From NCBI RefSeq assembly GCF_009914755.1, contig NC_060948.1: a stretch of 64,000 bases of DNA. One strand, written 5' to 3'. Within the stretch, counting starts at the first letter, position 1. Each line of letters opens with the position of its first letter. The notes beneath the pieces are model-generated. The model worked only from the letters and a program-made list of their open reading frames with translations. It was not told where the DNA came from and searched no databases. Positions 1-16,049 of this stretch are shown here, piece after piece. The DNA is from the human T2T-CHM13v2.0 reference genome, Homo sapiens. The translations under genes were made by a program, and so were the position numbers.

Positions 1-1185
1 TTATGATAAGTTATGAGAATAAAAGCAATGCAAAGAAAGTTCAGGAAATAAACATCTTATCAAATAAAAATAAAATAGTAACTTCTTGATTCTTCCCTTC
101 CACTTACTTAAACTACTGCTTCTATTTTTCCCATTGTTATATTTTAACAAAAGACCAATGTCTTCTGGGAAAATATTATGTTTTCTCTCTGGTAATTTGC
201 ATTAGATTCTTACACCTTTCATGCCTTTTTATTATATTAACAACCTTTTTAGTCAGAAAAAGGTTTCTGTTCCAATATTTACTTGAGTTAAAAGTCCTGT
301 TGCCTTTTCTCTTCCTTCTTATTCATTTTTGTTTAATATTGCTTCCCACACATAATGACTAATTGACCTTGACAGTATATCAGTAATTTCTCTGGCAGTT
401 TGTCTGCAAAGAACCTAATAAGAGCTATTTCACCCCACCCCTACCCGCCCCCAACAAAATAGAATTTGGATCTTCTATAACCATTCAAATCTGGATTTCA
501 TATCTATTTAAATTGAAACTTTTCTTGATTAATAACTTCATTAATAACTTGATTAATAACTTCATAACTTTACTTGATTAATAACTTCATAACTTCTGCA
601 TTAAATCAAGCCAAGAATCAGTATTTTAAATGAAAAATGGCCAACAACTAACAATAAGTGGTACTTAAAGGGCTCACTATTTTCTATTCCTCTCTCAATC
701 AGAAATACCTGTTAGATACTTTTCTCAGTGTCATCATGGTTAGATTTGGCTTAGACATTGTGCCCTTTTGTTTTAGTTGATGTCAGCAGGAGACACTGGC
801 TGAAGGTCACAAAAAGGAAACTTAGGAGAAATGTGCACCTTTTTTCTTACTACTTGAAGACAGGACTATCATCTTGGTATTAAGGGGTAGTCAATGCCTC
901 ATACAAGTTTTATTGTCTATTTCCTTTAAACAATATGTACTGAAGAAATAGTACGTCAAGTTACTGGACATATTGACTGAATTATGTCAAATGCTTTAAT
1001 TGACTAAATTATGTCAAGTCATGGTTTAATATTTCTTAAACAAGACATAGATTTTTAAGTTGTGATTAGTGAGCCGTATTTACTTTTTTATATTTTCCAT
1101 GAACAGTGAATTATACAGAATCTGGTTTTCTTCTGTTTGGATTTGATACTGAGCTATACTGGATTCACTGACAAGAAGAGTTTGA

Positions 1186-1538
<353 letters not shown>

Positions 1539-2083
1539 GTAAGTGACACAAATATCTCTCATTCTCTGTTTCCAAACAGTAAATAGAATATAAATAGTTC
1601 ACGAACAAGATTAAGGAAGTGATAATCATCGTTCCTCTAACTGAAATGCACCCTCTGTTTAGATTTATTTACTTTTCACAATTTTGAAAATTTTCCCATG
1701 CAATTTTTATCAGTCATAAGGTAATGATAGTTTTTTAACAATGCAAATGGGATTAAGTCAGTCGTTTTTTCTGTTCCTTTTAATATTATTCTAATTCAGC
1801 CTCATGGGCATTCCAAATAGTTATGAGGGATAGAAATATAACATTAAATTAAGGGATGAGAGTAGAGTGAGAAGAGAGTATGGCTCAAAATTAATCTCAT
1901 AAATTTTATTTGTCAACTGACGTGATTTAACACGTTAGTGGTAGATTTTCTAGATATCCCTAAATTTGTAGCTATGACTTGGAATATCAAAACATAGCTA
2001 GGCAGTTCATTTCCATCTGACTTCTCTCTGTTACTATGCTGATTTGCACGAGTACTGTAAATTTTGTAAGAACTAATTTCATT

Positions 2084-2566
2084 CAGATGTGCATTTAGAG
2101 TTCCAAGATAGTAAAATGTATAAAAATTATATACATTTTATATAATTAGGAGGCAATGGGGATAAGTGTTACCTTTCAATAAAAAGGTAAGTGCAGAAGT
2201 TTATAAACACATGCAAAAATGTGTAACCTCACGATTTAATCTTCTATGCAAATACAAATTAGTAATAGGAGGAGCAATTACTAACACTAGGAGCAATTAG
2301 TAAAAGCAAGAGCAATTAGTAACACTAGTAACACTAGCAATTAGTAACACTAGCACTAACAGATGTGCATGTAGAGTTCCAAGATAGTAAAATGTATAAA
2401 AATTATATACATTTTATATGATTAGGAGGCAATGGGGATAAGTCTTACCTTTCATCAAAAAGGTAAGTGCAGAAGTTTATAAACACATGCAAAAATATGT
2501 AACCTCACGATTTAATCTTCTATGCGAATACAAATTAGTAATAGCAGGAGCAATTAGTAACACTAG
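2084..2566. repeat. Local tandem duplication (~207 bp unit, 276 bp period) with stuttered junction
   Basis: CAGATGTGCAT...GCAATTA(C/G)TAACACTAG occurs at 2084 and 2360 with few mismatches. Confidence 0.9.
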
Positions 2567-2694
2567 CAGGGCAATAAACATTCCTGCAAAGCCAAAGGCT
2601 TAATCTGAGTGACAATGCATGCAGTGATTCTGGACCATACTCTGGAGCTAATTTAAGTTTAATTGACTGAATCTCCTGAAAGAAAAGGACTTAG

Positions 2695-3111
<417 letters not shown>

Positions 3112-3175
3112 AACTTTTTCTTTTTTACAAGGTCAACTTATGAAATTTTATAAATTTCTTAAATTTCTTGCAATA

Positions 3176-3398
3176 GACCGAGCATGGTGGCTCACACCTC
3201 TAATCCCAGCACCTTGAAAGGCCGAGTCGGGTAGATCACCTGAGGTTGGCAGTTCCAGGCCAGCTTAGCTAACATAGTGAAACCCCATCTCTACTAAAAA
3301 TACAAAACTAGCTGGGCGAGTGGCACGTGCCTCTAATTCCAGCTACTTCAGAGGCTGAGGCAGTGGAATCGCTTGAGCCTGGAAGGTAGAGTTTGCAA
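3176..3398 (+). mobile_element. Alu, 3'-truncated
   Basis: GGTGGCTCACACCTCTAATCCCAGCAC...CTACTAAAAATACAAAA; stops within the right arm. Confidence 0.88.
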
Positions 3399-3427
3399 TT
3401 CTGTGATCATGAGAAATGTTAAGATTA

Positions 3428-3548
3428 CTATATGCATATATATGTGTGTGTGTATATACATATATATAGTAATCACCTACATATATATACACACAGCCAC
3501 AGACATGCACACACCCACACACACACACGTGCACACACACACACACCC
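3428..3548. repeat. Compound (TA)n/(TG)n/(CA)n microsatellite
   Basis: Direct inspection. Confidence 0.85.
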
Positions 3549-3649
3549 GTTAGCTCTGTGTATATATTCTTTTGAAAACAGAAGATACTTATTTTTAATT
3601 AGGTTATTATTTCCTTGTTCTTTTGAATCATTTTTAGTTCCTGGTATAT

Positions 3650-6600
3650 TTTGATTAACTCCTTGTCTGATGTACAGTTTGCAAATATTTTCTCTCATTC
3701 TATCACTCTGGTGATTTATTTTATTTTATTTTCATTTTTGCTGTATGGAAGTTTTCTAGTATAATGTAACCTCATTTTTCTGCCTGTGTGTTTTTTGCTT
3801 GTGCTTTTGAAGTCTTATCCAAAAAACATTCCTGCCCAGACCAACGTCATTAAATGTGTTTTGTGATTTATTCAACTAGTTTGACAGTTTTGTGTTTTCA
3901 TTACATCTTTATTTTTAAATGTTTTTTAAAATATATTCTTATAGGTGAGGTCTCACTATATTACCTAGTGTGGAGTACAGTGGCATAAGTGTTTCATGCT
4001 ACAGCTTTCGACACCTAGGCTCAGGTGATCCTCGCATCTGAGACTCCTGAGTAGCTGAAACTACAGGGGCACACCACTGCAGTAGGCTTTTTAATCCGTG
4101 TGAGTTAATTTTTGTACGTGGTGAGAAATAGGGTTTTAATTATATTCTTTTGCATGTAGCTCTCTTGTTTTCCCAGCACCACTTATGGAAGAGATTGACA
4201 TTTTCTCATTTTGTGTTCTTGGCACCTCTGAGGAATATCAGTTGGCTATACAGGTGTAAATTTATTTTTGTTCACTGTGTTCTATTGTATTGGTTTATAG
4301 CATTGTGACATCTCCAGTTCTGTGGGTTCACTCCCCAACCGCACTGCCATCTTCACGATTGCTTTGACTATTCAGGGTTTTTGTGTGTGTGTGTTTGTGG
4401 TTTTGTATTAATTTAGGATTTTTTCAATTTCTGTGAAAAATGCGATTGGTGTTTTGATAGAGATTGCATTCTATCTGTGCACTGCTTTGGCTCATATAAA
4501 CATTTTAACCATATTACTTTTTCCAATCAACGAACATAGAAACATAGATATATTTTCATTTAGTTATGTCATTTTAACATTTTATTAATGTTTCATAGTT
4601 TTCAGAATGCAGATTTTTTTACCTCCTTGCTTAAATTTACTCCTTTTTATCCCCCATAGCTATTGTAAATGAGATTGTTTTCTGAAGTTTTTTTTTTAAT
4701 ACATACTTTGCTATTAGTGCATGGAAATGCTATGGAATTTTATATGTTGATTTCATAAACGGAAACGTTACTGACTTTCAGAATTAGTTCTAACTACTTT
4801 TTAGTGGTATGTTTAAGGATTCCCTTATATGTCATTAGCATATATGGACAATTTTACTTCTGCCTTTCCAACTTGGGTGACTTTTCTCACTTTCTCTTGA
4901 CTAATTTATCTAGTTAATGACTTTCGGTTTTATGTTACTATAAGTAGTGAAAGTGAACATCCTGGTCTTCTTTCAGATCTTCACAGCAAAGCTTTCAATT
5001 TTAACTCTCACTGACTGTGATACTAGCTAAGGGTTCATCATATATAGTGTTATCTGGTTATTTGGGTCTATGTCATTTGTTGTGTTGAGTTACAGTTGTT
5101 CCACGCATGATTTATTAAGAGATTTTATTGTGAAAAATGTCGAATTTTGTCATTTTTTTCATATATCGAAATGAATGCATAGACTTTGTTCTTTATTTTG
5201 TTGATGTAATCTATGACATTTAATAATTCTCGTGTATTAAACCATTCCTGCATCCCTGTAATCTCGTTTGATCACGGTGAATGATTTTCCAAATGTGCAT
5301 TATAAGTCATTTTCCCAGTATTGTGTTGAGGATTTTTGCATTATGTTTATTAGATATAGTGGCCCATAGTTTTCTCTTTTTTCTTGTATCCTTGTCTGGT
5401 TTAGTAATCAGCGTAATGCCGTCCCCATGGAATGAGTTGGAACGGTTCCCATATCTTCCTTTTTTCTTTTATGTTTTTGTTTTCACTAGGTTAAAAAAAA
5501 GTGGCAGTAGTTTCCTTTTTGTGGTAGGTAGAATGCAGCAGTGAACACATCAGGTCCTGGGCTTATCTTTAACAGGTGACTTTTTACAGCTGATTCGATT
5601 TCTTACCATTAATTTATTTCTTGGTGTCAGTTATGGTATCTCTTTTTTGGCTCTGATTTTCTTTATTAGGGGCTTTGTTTTTTTTTTACTTTTAAGTTTA
5701 GCTTTTTGTTTTTCTGATTCCTTGATTGAAACATCAAGTTGTGTATTTGATATCTTGTTTTACATGAAGGCATTTATTGCCATAACTTCCCTCTTAAAAC
5801 TGCTTTGGTTGTTTCCCACAGGTTTTGCGGTGTTGTGTTTCTATTTTTGACTCAAGAAACACGGTGTTTTATCCTTATTGTCTTCATTGATTCACTGGTT
5901 GTTCAGGAGTATGTTGTTTAATTTTGATATACTTATGATTTAGTGATTTCGGAAGAGATACTTGATATGACTTTGATCTTTTCAAATTTGTTAAGATGTG
6001 ACTTTTTTTGCCTAATGTATGACGTATCCTGGAAGATCTTCCATGTTTGCAGTGGAGAAGAATGTTTATTTTATAGCTCTTGGATGGATAGTTCAGTAGC
6101 TGTTTTTAGCATTTGCCCTACTCGGCATTTTAATCCAATGCTTACTTATTGAATTCAGTCTGCATTATCTATTCTTTGCAGAGAGTAAGGTGCTGAAGTT
6201 TTCTATTATTATCTTGCACTTTTTATCTGTCTTTGGATCTATTAACATTTGTATTATATATATGCATATATTACTTATATACTTGCATTCTTGAAATAAT
6301 ATTTTCTTTTCTTTCTCCTGCTTAATTCTGTATCCTCTCTTTGACTTTGATATTTGGTGGTTAGGTTATATTAAGTCATGCAGATATTTTTATTGATATT
6401 GAATATGATTGGAAGCCCTTGATATTCCTGTAGCAGAATATTTATATTTCTATGTAAGTTTGGAAAGGTTTCTCATTATTTCTCTAAATAAGCTTTCTAC
6501 TCTTTTTTATACATTTTTTTGTTGAGATGGAGGTTTGCTCTTGTCTCAGGTTGGAGTGCAATGGTGTGATTGTGACTCACTGCAACTTCCAAGTCCTGGG

Positions 6601-7680
6601 TTCCAGAGATTCTCCTGAGTTCAAGTGATTCTCCAAACTCAGCCTTCTGAGTAGCTGGGGTTACAGATGTCCACCAATATAACTGGCTAATTTTGGTATT
6701 TTAATAGAGAAACAGTTTCACCATGTAGCCAGGCTGCTCTCAGGCTCTTGGCAACATGTGATCCTCCCACCTTGGCCTCCCAAAGTGCTGGGAATACAGG
6801 CATGAGCCATTGTGCCCAGCTCTACCACACTCTTGAATGCTAGTGTCTGATACCTTTGCTGTTTGGATGTTATCCCATTAATCTCATGAATCTTATTTAT
6901 ATTTGCTCCTCTGACTGTGTACTTTGAATTGACCTATCTTTGAGTTTTGCTGCTTGACCATTTCTGTTGGCATTGCTGTCAACTGCATTTTTTATTTTGT
7001 GGTGTTTTATTCTTCAAGATTTTTGTTTGTTTTTTTCTCCCATTATTTTAACCTCTCAGGTAAGTTTCTCTGATAAATTTCAGAATCCTTTGTGTTTTCC
7101 TGAAGTCCACTGCATTGTCTTAAAATAATTATTTTGAATTCCTTGTCAGGCAATGTGTCCATGCCCGTCTCTTGTGGGTCAGTCACCACTGACACCTTAT
7201 TTTGACCACTCGATGCCATCATCTTTCTCTCATCGATCCTAATCCTTGGGACTACGCATCAATGTCTGCACAGTGATGTAGGTGCCTAATTCAATGTTCA
7301 TGGTTTGGCTGTGTTTGGAAGCTTTCTTCCACGGTAAGCCTGTCCAGAGATTCAGGGCAAGGAGAAGAAGGAAATTAAGGTGTTTAAGTCTAAGATAGCT
7401 TCAGCCCTGGTAGCACTAGGGGAAACACTAATGAGCAGACTTTCATGGTTGGTGTAATTTGACCGGCAAAGCTGAGTCAATGCCAGGCTCCATCTGTAGC
7501 ACACAGTTGAGCAATGGGTGCACTCAAGGTCTGTAGCTTCCATGGTCTGCCCTGTGTCGTTTATTTGGTGCCTGAAGTTACTGCAGTCAATCAACAGGAA
7601 TATTGACAGGAACTGAAGTCCATTCTGCTGAGGTCATAGTTTCTGATCTGTTGCCGGGGTTGGTCTATAAGGTTAACCCT
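3650..7680 (-). mobile_element. Old L1 (L1M-type) fragments, interrupted by Alus, inside the XKR intron
   Basis: T-rich antisense L1 ORF2/ORF1 motifs such as TTTGCAAATATTTTCTCTCATTCT, TTCCCAGCACCACTTATGGAAGAG and GATTGCATTCTATCTGTG. Confidence 0.75.
6515..6820 (-). mobile_element. Alu
   Basis: CCTTGGCCTCCCAAAGTGCTGGGAATACAGGCATGAGCC. Confidence 0.85.
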
Positions 7681-7854
7681 GAGTATCAGCCTCCTAAAGT
7701 GCTGGGGTCAGGGGAAAGGGATATAAAAGTCCCAAGGCAAAAAAGCTCTATGCCTACTACCTTTGCACAAGCAATCCTCCCACCTCTGCCTCCTGAATAG
7801 TTGAGATACAGGCATGTGCCTCCATGCCTCCCTAACATTTTTTTGTGTATTTCC

Positions 7855-7873
7855 TTGTTGTTACTGTTGTTGT

Positions 7874-7905
<32 letters not shown>

Positions 7906-7918
7906 GCTGTTGTTGTTG
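7855..7918. repeat. (TTG)n microsatellite within Alu fragments
   Basis: Run of TTG units. Confidence 0.85.
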
Positions 7919-9086
7919 GGCTCAAGTGATCTACTCACCTCAGCCTCCTAAAGTGCTAGGATTACAGTATGAGTCACTATACCCAGCTAAAATTACTTTC
8001 TAAGACTTAATTTTTAGGTCATTTATTTTTATTCAGTCTTATTTCTCATAAATACAGTTCAGAATGTTATTGCTTTAGAGTTTCTCTTTGGGTATTCCTG
8101 AAGGAATAAATGGACTGTTGATATTCATTTTCTAAATGGTGTTATAAAATGAGTAATTACTTTAGGTAAGTGATGACTATTTGGCCTCTTTTTGTTTTCT
8201 AGCTTCATTTCATTGTGTATGAAGAGTGTATTTTTTTAACCCACCTGCATATGTGAAATGAAGTTTTACTCTTTCAACTGAATGTAGTACAGAATTGTTT
8301 AAACTGATTATTCAACTACTTCATAATTTTGGTTTTCTTTCTTGTGCATATTCGTCTAATTATTCGCAGAACAATGTCAAAATTAAATTAATTTGCTTAT
8401 GAAAAATTTTTCTGATAAAATTACATACATACATGCAAACAAAAGCACATACACATGTAACACTTAATTTCTAAAACTTTTAGTTTTTCTTCTTCTCTAG
8501 TACCTGGTATTCCATCACTCAGCAAAATCTGTTCAGTTCTACTTCCAGGATTTACTTTAACTCCACAGCTTATTTCCTACTTTCTGTTATCACCATAATC
8601 TAAAACACAGTTTATATTACATTTGCCTCCTATTTTACTCTGTAATTTCTTACTTTACACTCTAACTTTCTATAAAAAAGAAGCTACATTTTCAAGGTCT
8701 AATTCAGGTAATTTGATTTTTTCTTTGTTGAGAAATCTTTCTATGTGCTGTCACACCTTATAGCATCAGATATGAATGTATCTATCTAATTTCATCTGTT
8801 CCAGCTATTTTCTTTGAGGGAATATGTATAGAAGTTTATAAATATGAATATATATGTATTCCCTTATTATTTGTTTTTCCCAGGAGTAATATATGTTTTG
8901 CATGCATAGATTTACTAAATCCCTGATAATGGAAAGTTAGCACTTTTTTTTTGTTTCTTTTAAGTCAATTATTTTCTGAAGGAGGTGGGTTGGGAGGCAT
9001 ATATGTTAACATGTCAAGTTTAAAAGAGAAAGTGGCCATTACTAATACAAATTATTCTCTAACATTTTCATATTTACCGTTAATAG

Positions 9087-9873
<787 letters not shown>

Positions 9874-10419
9874 AATATACATATATACTTTCACAGAACA
9901 AAGAGTAAAGAGGCTGGATATGACTTTATAAAGATACTCATAAAAATATAAACAGCAAAGTCTTGGAAGTAGTTTCTAATAAAATTGATTTTTCTCCTGT
10001 TACTATGCATTAGCAATTTTTATTTTCTTCAATATAATTGTACAAATTTTTAAACAAAACAAAACAAAATCAAAAATCCCTCTGGGTCCAAAATCTGGGC
10101 AGAAAAAAAACCCATAATGCATTTTTCACCTGGTACACTTTTGGAACATGTGCCTTTAATTTAACAAGTGTTTGTAATCTAGCATATACATTATCAGCGA
10201 ATATTTTCTTTTCAGAAAGAGTACTTACCATAGTTTTCATTCTGTACTTAAGGAGAACCTGAAAGAGAAGTCTTATGAGCATGCTCCTACTTATATTAAT
10301 TTAAGGTAACCAAAGTGTTTCTCATTAAACTGACTAACAGAAAACCACTCATATTAATGCATCTTAAAGCACAAAACCTGTTCTCTTAAAAATAAATCAT
10401 CAGGTTAATAACGTAATAT

Positions 10420-12250
10420 ATTAATTTACATTCCTACCAATAGTGCACAAGCATTCTCTGTGCCCTACATTCTCAAAAACACTTGTCGTTTTTCATCTTG
10501 ATAGTAATGGCCATTCCAACATGTGTGAAAGCAGGTCTCATTGTTGGTTTCAATTTGCATTTCCCTGATGGTGGTGTTGAGCATCTTTAAACATGCAGTT
10601 GTTCAGAAATTAGCCGGGTGAAGTAGCACACACCTATAATCCCAGCTACTAGGGAGGCTGAGGCAGAATTGCTGGAAACCAGTGGGTGGAGATTCAGTGA
10701 GCTGAGATCACATCACTGCACTCCAGCCTGGATGACAGAGTGAGAATCCATCTCAAATCAATCAATTAATCAATATTTAATTTAGAGTTGTTTGCTAGTT
10801 GTATGTCTTCTTTTGAGAAATGTAAATTCAGGTCCTCTGTCCATATTTCATAGGCTTAATTTTTGTTGTTGTTGTTGTTAAGTGGCTTGAGTTCCTTGTA
10901 TGTATTTATTATTCACCTTTTATCATGTATGTGGTTTGCAGATATTTTCTCCAAGTGTTTTAGTTGTCTCTTCAATCTATTTGTTTCCCTTTTCCCTTTG
11001 CAGTGCAGAAACATTTCAGTTTGATGTAATATGATCCAATTGTTTTTTGTTGTGCTTTTGTAGCCTGTGCTTTTGGGGTCATAGAATTGAGGTTTCAAAA
11101 ATAAAGTTAAATTAAACATAGAATTACCACATGATCCAGCTACTCTACTTCAAAATATGTGCTCAAAGCATATAAAATTAGCATGTCAAAGAGATAGCTG
11201 CAGTCCTATATTCATCTCAGCGTTATTCATAATAGCCAAGATACAGTAACAACCCAAGGGCTCATCAACAGATCGACAGATAAAGTGTGGCACATATATA
11301 CAATGAGATATACTACACAGCCTTAAAAACAGGAGGAAGTCCTGTTACTTATTTGTGACCAAGTGAATGGAAATGGAAGATATTATGCTCAGTGTAATAA
11401 GAGAGGCACAGAAAGACAAGTATAGGGTGATCACAATTATATATAAAAAAGTTGAACTCATTCAAACAGTGAATATGTCAGATATGGTGGCTCATGCCTG
11501 TAACTCCAGCATCTTAGGAGGATGAGATGGTTGGATCACTTGGGGTCAGAAGTTTGAGGACCCAGTGAGCCATACTTGTGCCACTGTACTCCAGCCTTGG
11601 CAATGCAGCACGGCCCTGACTCTAAACAAACACGGAAAAAAAGAGTCCGAGATTGGAGTGAGGGGTGGTGATAGGAGTGGATAGAGAAAGGGGAGATGTT
11701 CATCAAAGGGTAAAATATTTCAGTGAGAAAGGAAGGAGTTCTGGAGATCCACTGCACAGAATGGTGACCACAGTTAATAAGTCAACTTCAAAGTTGCTTA
11801 ATAAAGAAAAGGGCAGGCATGTTGGCTCATGTCTGAAATCCAGGCACTTTGAACGCCTATGGTGGGAGGATCACTAGAGGTCAGGAGTTCGAGACCATCC
11901 TGGCCAAAATGAGGAAACACTGTCTCTACTGAACATACAAGAATTAGCCAGGTTTGGTGGCATGCGTATGTCATCCCAGCTACTCGAGTAGCTGAGCAAG
12001 AGAAAAACTTCAACTCGGGAGACAGAGGTTGAATTCTATCTCAGACAAATAGGTTGTTTAAAAAGTAGAATTTATATATTCTTACCACAAGAAAGAAATG
12101 GTAAGTATGTGAGGTGATAGATATGGTAACTAGCCCAATTTAATTCTTTTGCAACATATACATGCATTATAAAATCAGTTTGTGTCCCATAAATATTTAC
12201 ATTTGTTAATTTAAAATAAAAATTGTAAAAGAATGAATTATAATTAAAAT
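10420..12250. mobile_element. L1MA-type 3' fragments in both orientations with nested Alu/FLAM pieces (~10607-10760, ~11480-11640, ~11811-12030)
   Basis: Antisense TTTCAATTTGCATTTCCCTGATG followed by sense ATAGAATTACCACATGATCCAGC and TTATTCATAATAGCCAAGAT L1 3' motifs; Alu motifs interspersed. Confidence 0.7.
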
Positions 12251-12689
12251 AAAATGGGCTTAATGTATATAGACAGTAATATATGCTAAAGGTTTCTTCT
12301 ATTTTGACTATTTGGATTCTGTTATTTCTTGGGGAAACAATCACAGTGGGAAGGGATGAAGAACGCTAAAGCTTAATGTTATATAATTTACATTATTTTG
12401 TTGTTGTTTTCTCCTTTTTTTTTTTTGTTTTCTACCAACCAATGGAGACTACTTTCTTATTCACACTTTCTTTTGTGTTTCTTTCTCATGAGAAATCACC
12501 ACCAACAATAAAGCTCCTGTAGATTTGTGTATTATTTTTCTGCTCCTATCTATGACTCTCTTCACCTGTCCTTTGGATTTCAGAACTTCTTAAAAGACTG
12601 ATTTACTTATTATTTGTTATCTCTCTGTACCATTACTTCTTCACTCTACCTACAGGATCATTATCCTTACTCTTTTATTTTAGTTTAGT

Positions 12690-12955
12690 TTAATTTTTTT
12701 TGAAGACGGAGTCTCTGGCACAATCTCAGCTCACTGCAACCTTAGCCTCCCAGATTCAGGTGATTCTCCTGCCTCAGCCTCCTGAGTATCTGATGTTAGA
12801 GGCATGTACTGCCATGCTTGGCTAAATTTTGAATTTTTAATTGTGATGGGGTTTCACTGTGTTGCCAAGGCTGGTCTTGAACAAACCTCGAGTGACCCAC
12901 CACCTCAGCTTCCCAAAGTGCTGGAAGTACAGGTGTGAGCCACCAAACCAGGCTT
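12690..12955 (-). mobile_element. Alu
   Basis: CTCAGCTCACTGCAACC...CCCAAAGTGCTGG. Confidence 0.85.
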
Positions 12956-15149
12956 GATCATTTTCTTTACTAGATCTACATGCTGTTAGTCTTAGTCCTA
13001 GATACGGCACTCTCAACTCATTTGTTTATTTGCCGTGATAACAAGACTCATGGAAAGAGTTTGCCCTGACAAGGTTTAATTTTATTTCTCTTAACCCTCT
13101 TTTCTTCAGGCATTTACCCTGTTTTTTAGAATCATATCTTATACTTGTCACTAAATCCCATATTTCACTTGTCTGTTGCATATTACTCAAGCAGTCATGT
13201 GTATCTACAGAACTGATTCACACCCTCATTCCTGAAATACTATTTTGCTTTGGATTACATGACTCAACTTACCTCTGATTTCTCTATTTAACTTTACGTG
13301 CCCTGTCTTTCATTTTATCTCATAGATGTCTGTTCATGAGACCACTAAGGTAACTACACAGAATACCTCTTCCTCCTTCCCTTGCTCATTTCCCTTTTCC
13401 CTTCCTTTTTTCTTTTCTTTCCTTAAGAAAATGTTCACCCAGCCTGGAGTGCAGTAGTGAGACCTGGACTGACTACAGCCTCAAATTCCTGGGCTCAAGA
13501 AATCTTCCTGCATTTGTCTCCACAGTAGCTGAGACTACAGATGCACACCACCACACCTGGCTTTTTATTGATGTTGTTTTGAGACAAAAGCCTCTTCTGT
13601 TTTAAACTTGTAGTTCTAATGAATTCAACCAGTGTTATGACCTTTGGATTCCTATACATTATGCTTTTATTTTTTTACAAGCACCCCAAGATTAAGATAG
13701 CTAAATTGATAACTTCCCCTGAACTTCTTTACACTTTCTACATGCCTCTCTCTTCCATCACTATCTTGTCTAAAAATACATCATCTGTATAACATAAAAA
13801 CTGAGGTATTCCAAATATATTATTTTCCCTCATATCTTTCATATTTTATCTACAATAACTTTTTTATTATATACCACTTACAAATTTTTTTTCTTGTTGC
13901 TGTTTATACATTCCAGTTGAGGTCATCATTCATTGTTCCCTAAATGATAGTATCAACATCTTAATTTATTTCCTACTTCAACTGATTTCTCACTGAGGGT
14001 CTAGAATTATTCTTCTTTTCAATGGATAAAACACATCTCTTTTCTTTTTCTTTCTATTCTTCTTCCTTTCTGCTTTACTATTAACTGTTATTGTATACAG
14101 TGAGGAGCTATTTCAGTGTTATTTACTATTATATCCACCATTTTAAGCTAAAATTCAGAGATATAATAACTTCTCTATAAGTGCTTAATATTATAGTAAA
14201 AAATGCAACTTTGTAATTTCAGTGTTAAATATTTGAATACCACGTCTATAGATTATTTATGAAACAAGATTTCAGTTGAGTTGCAGATAAGCTTATGTTA
14301 ATTTTTTATTCACTCCTTCCATTTCTATCCATCCTAGCTATAAGACATTTAGAGGTGGGAACTTGGCATACTCTTCCCTATACTTGAGAGCCTGTTGAAG
14401 TCACATGAATAACGAAATGTACACTGACCATTTAATTCATATAACTAAATATAAATATTTTATATTTAAAATGTATTGAAAAGTTTTTATTGCTTAAATT
14501 TATTATGACAGCTATTATTTAGATTTTTCATTATTTAAAACTCAAACAATACAGGAAACAAACATGTAGGGAAATCTCAAGTAATTCATTATTTATTGTT
14601 CTTTTTATCACAGAAGACACAAGCCATCTCCTTACTGGTTAGGGCCATATTATCCAGAACCGTCAGAACATTTCACTTTTCATTTCCCATTGAAATCTGA
14701 GGAGTGTGTTTTGAACTCTATAGTGAAATGCCTACAACTACCCAGTGTAACTCTGTCTTCTTAGGAGGGTATGATTCTGCAAGATGAATATGATAATGTC
14801 CTAAAATATCACCCTTACATTTAATTATATAAAACACCACTAATGCAATAATAATACATGAGCTGAACGTTACATAGTCTAATTATAAAGTTAATTTTTA
14901 CACTCAAATAGTTGAGTTAGAGACTGTGAGATTAAACTGGTGGAAGATGGAACTTAATTTTTTGTAACAACTACCATACCGTGGTGAAATGAATTAACTG
15001 AGCTCTTAATAATTTGGAAAATAATAAAGTTATATCTATTAAAATTACTAACAAAAACGTACATTTCTTAACTGTTTCTTATTATGTGAAAGACAGAATG
15101 GCTCTCGTGATAATGATGGAAGCAGCCTGAAATAAAATCTAACAAAACA

Positions 15150-15437
15150 GTCTGGACATGATGGCTCATGCCTGTAATCCCAGCACTTTGGGAGGCTGAG
15201 GCAGGTGGATGACTTCAGGTCAAGAGTTTGAGACTAGCCTGGCCAAAATGGTGAAACCCCCTTTCTACTAAAAATAAGAACATTAGCCAGGCGTGGGGGT
15301 GCATGCCTGTAATTCCAGCTACTCAGGAAGCTGAGATAAGAGAATCCCTTGAACCTGGAAGGCAGAGGCTGCTGGGAGCTGAGTTTGGACCACTGCACTC
15401 TAGCCTGTAGGACAGAAGGAGACTCCATCTCAGAAAA
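15150..15437 (+). mobile_element. Alu (AluS-like)
   Basis: GGCTCATGCCTGTAATCCCAGCACTTTGGGAGGCTGAGG...GAGACTCCATCTC. Confidence 0.92.
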
Positions 15438-16049
15438 CCTCTCTGAACATTAAAAAGCAAGGCAAATTTAATCAAGTTTCTATTTTATGCTGTCATTAGA
15501 GTTCATTGGGTTAAAAGTGCAGAGATATAAGGAAGAGAAAAAGACCTCAGACTTGACTTTTGGAGCTCTGGAATCTAATAACATAACTCAGGAGTGTGTT
15601 TAATGAAGAAAGACCTGACCTCTAAGTCTGGGCGAGACAGTATGTGTCATTTTAACTTCCCATCATCACCCACTCCATGGCTTCATGGCCACTGTGAAGA
15701 AGATTAAATTATAGATGCAGCTTTTGATGCATATGGGGAAAATAGAGAGCTTATCTCAAAGAATTATGGTTGTGTGATTTAAAATGTCTGAGGTTCCCTT
15801 GGAGATTATTAGCTCAGAGGCTTTTCTTTAGCCCACCTCAGAGCTTTCTTGTGGGCAGAAGTTGACTCCCAGGAGGCATTTATGGAAAGGAAATATACTA
15901 GTCAGAGCCACTTGCAGCAAGGAAAAAGAGTCAGGTCAAGCGGTACACAAACAAAAGGCCTGCAAGAAGAGTCTGGGAAGAAAATTGAGGCGGAAAATCA
16001 GCTTTGAAAAACTCTCACGGTTTATTGTTGTTTGTTTTGGATTAGGTTT

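Noticed and set aside
2270-2360. CRISPR-like short repeats
   Set aside because: No regular repeat-spacer structure, no cas genes, and the context is eukaryotic.
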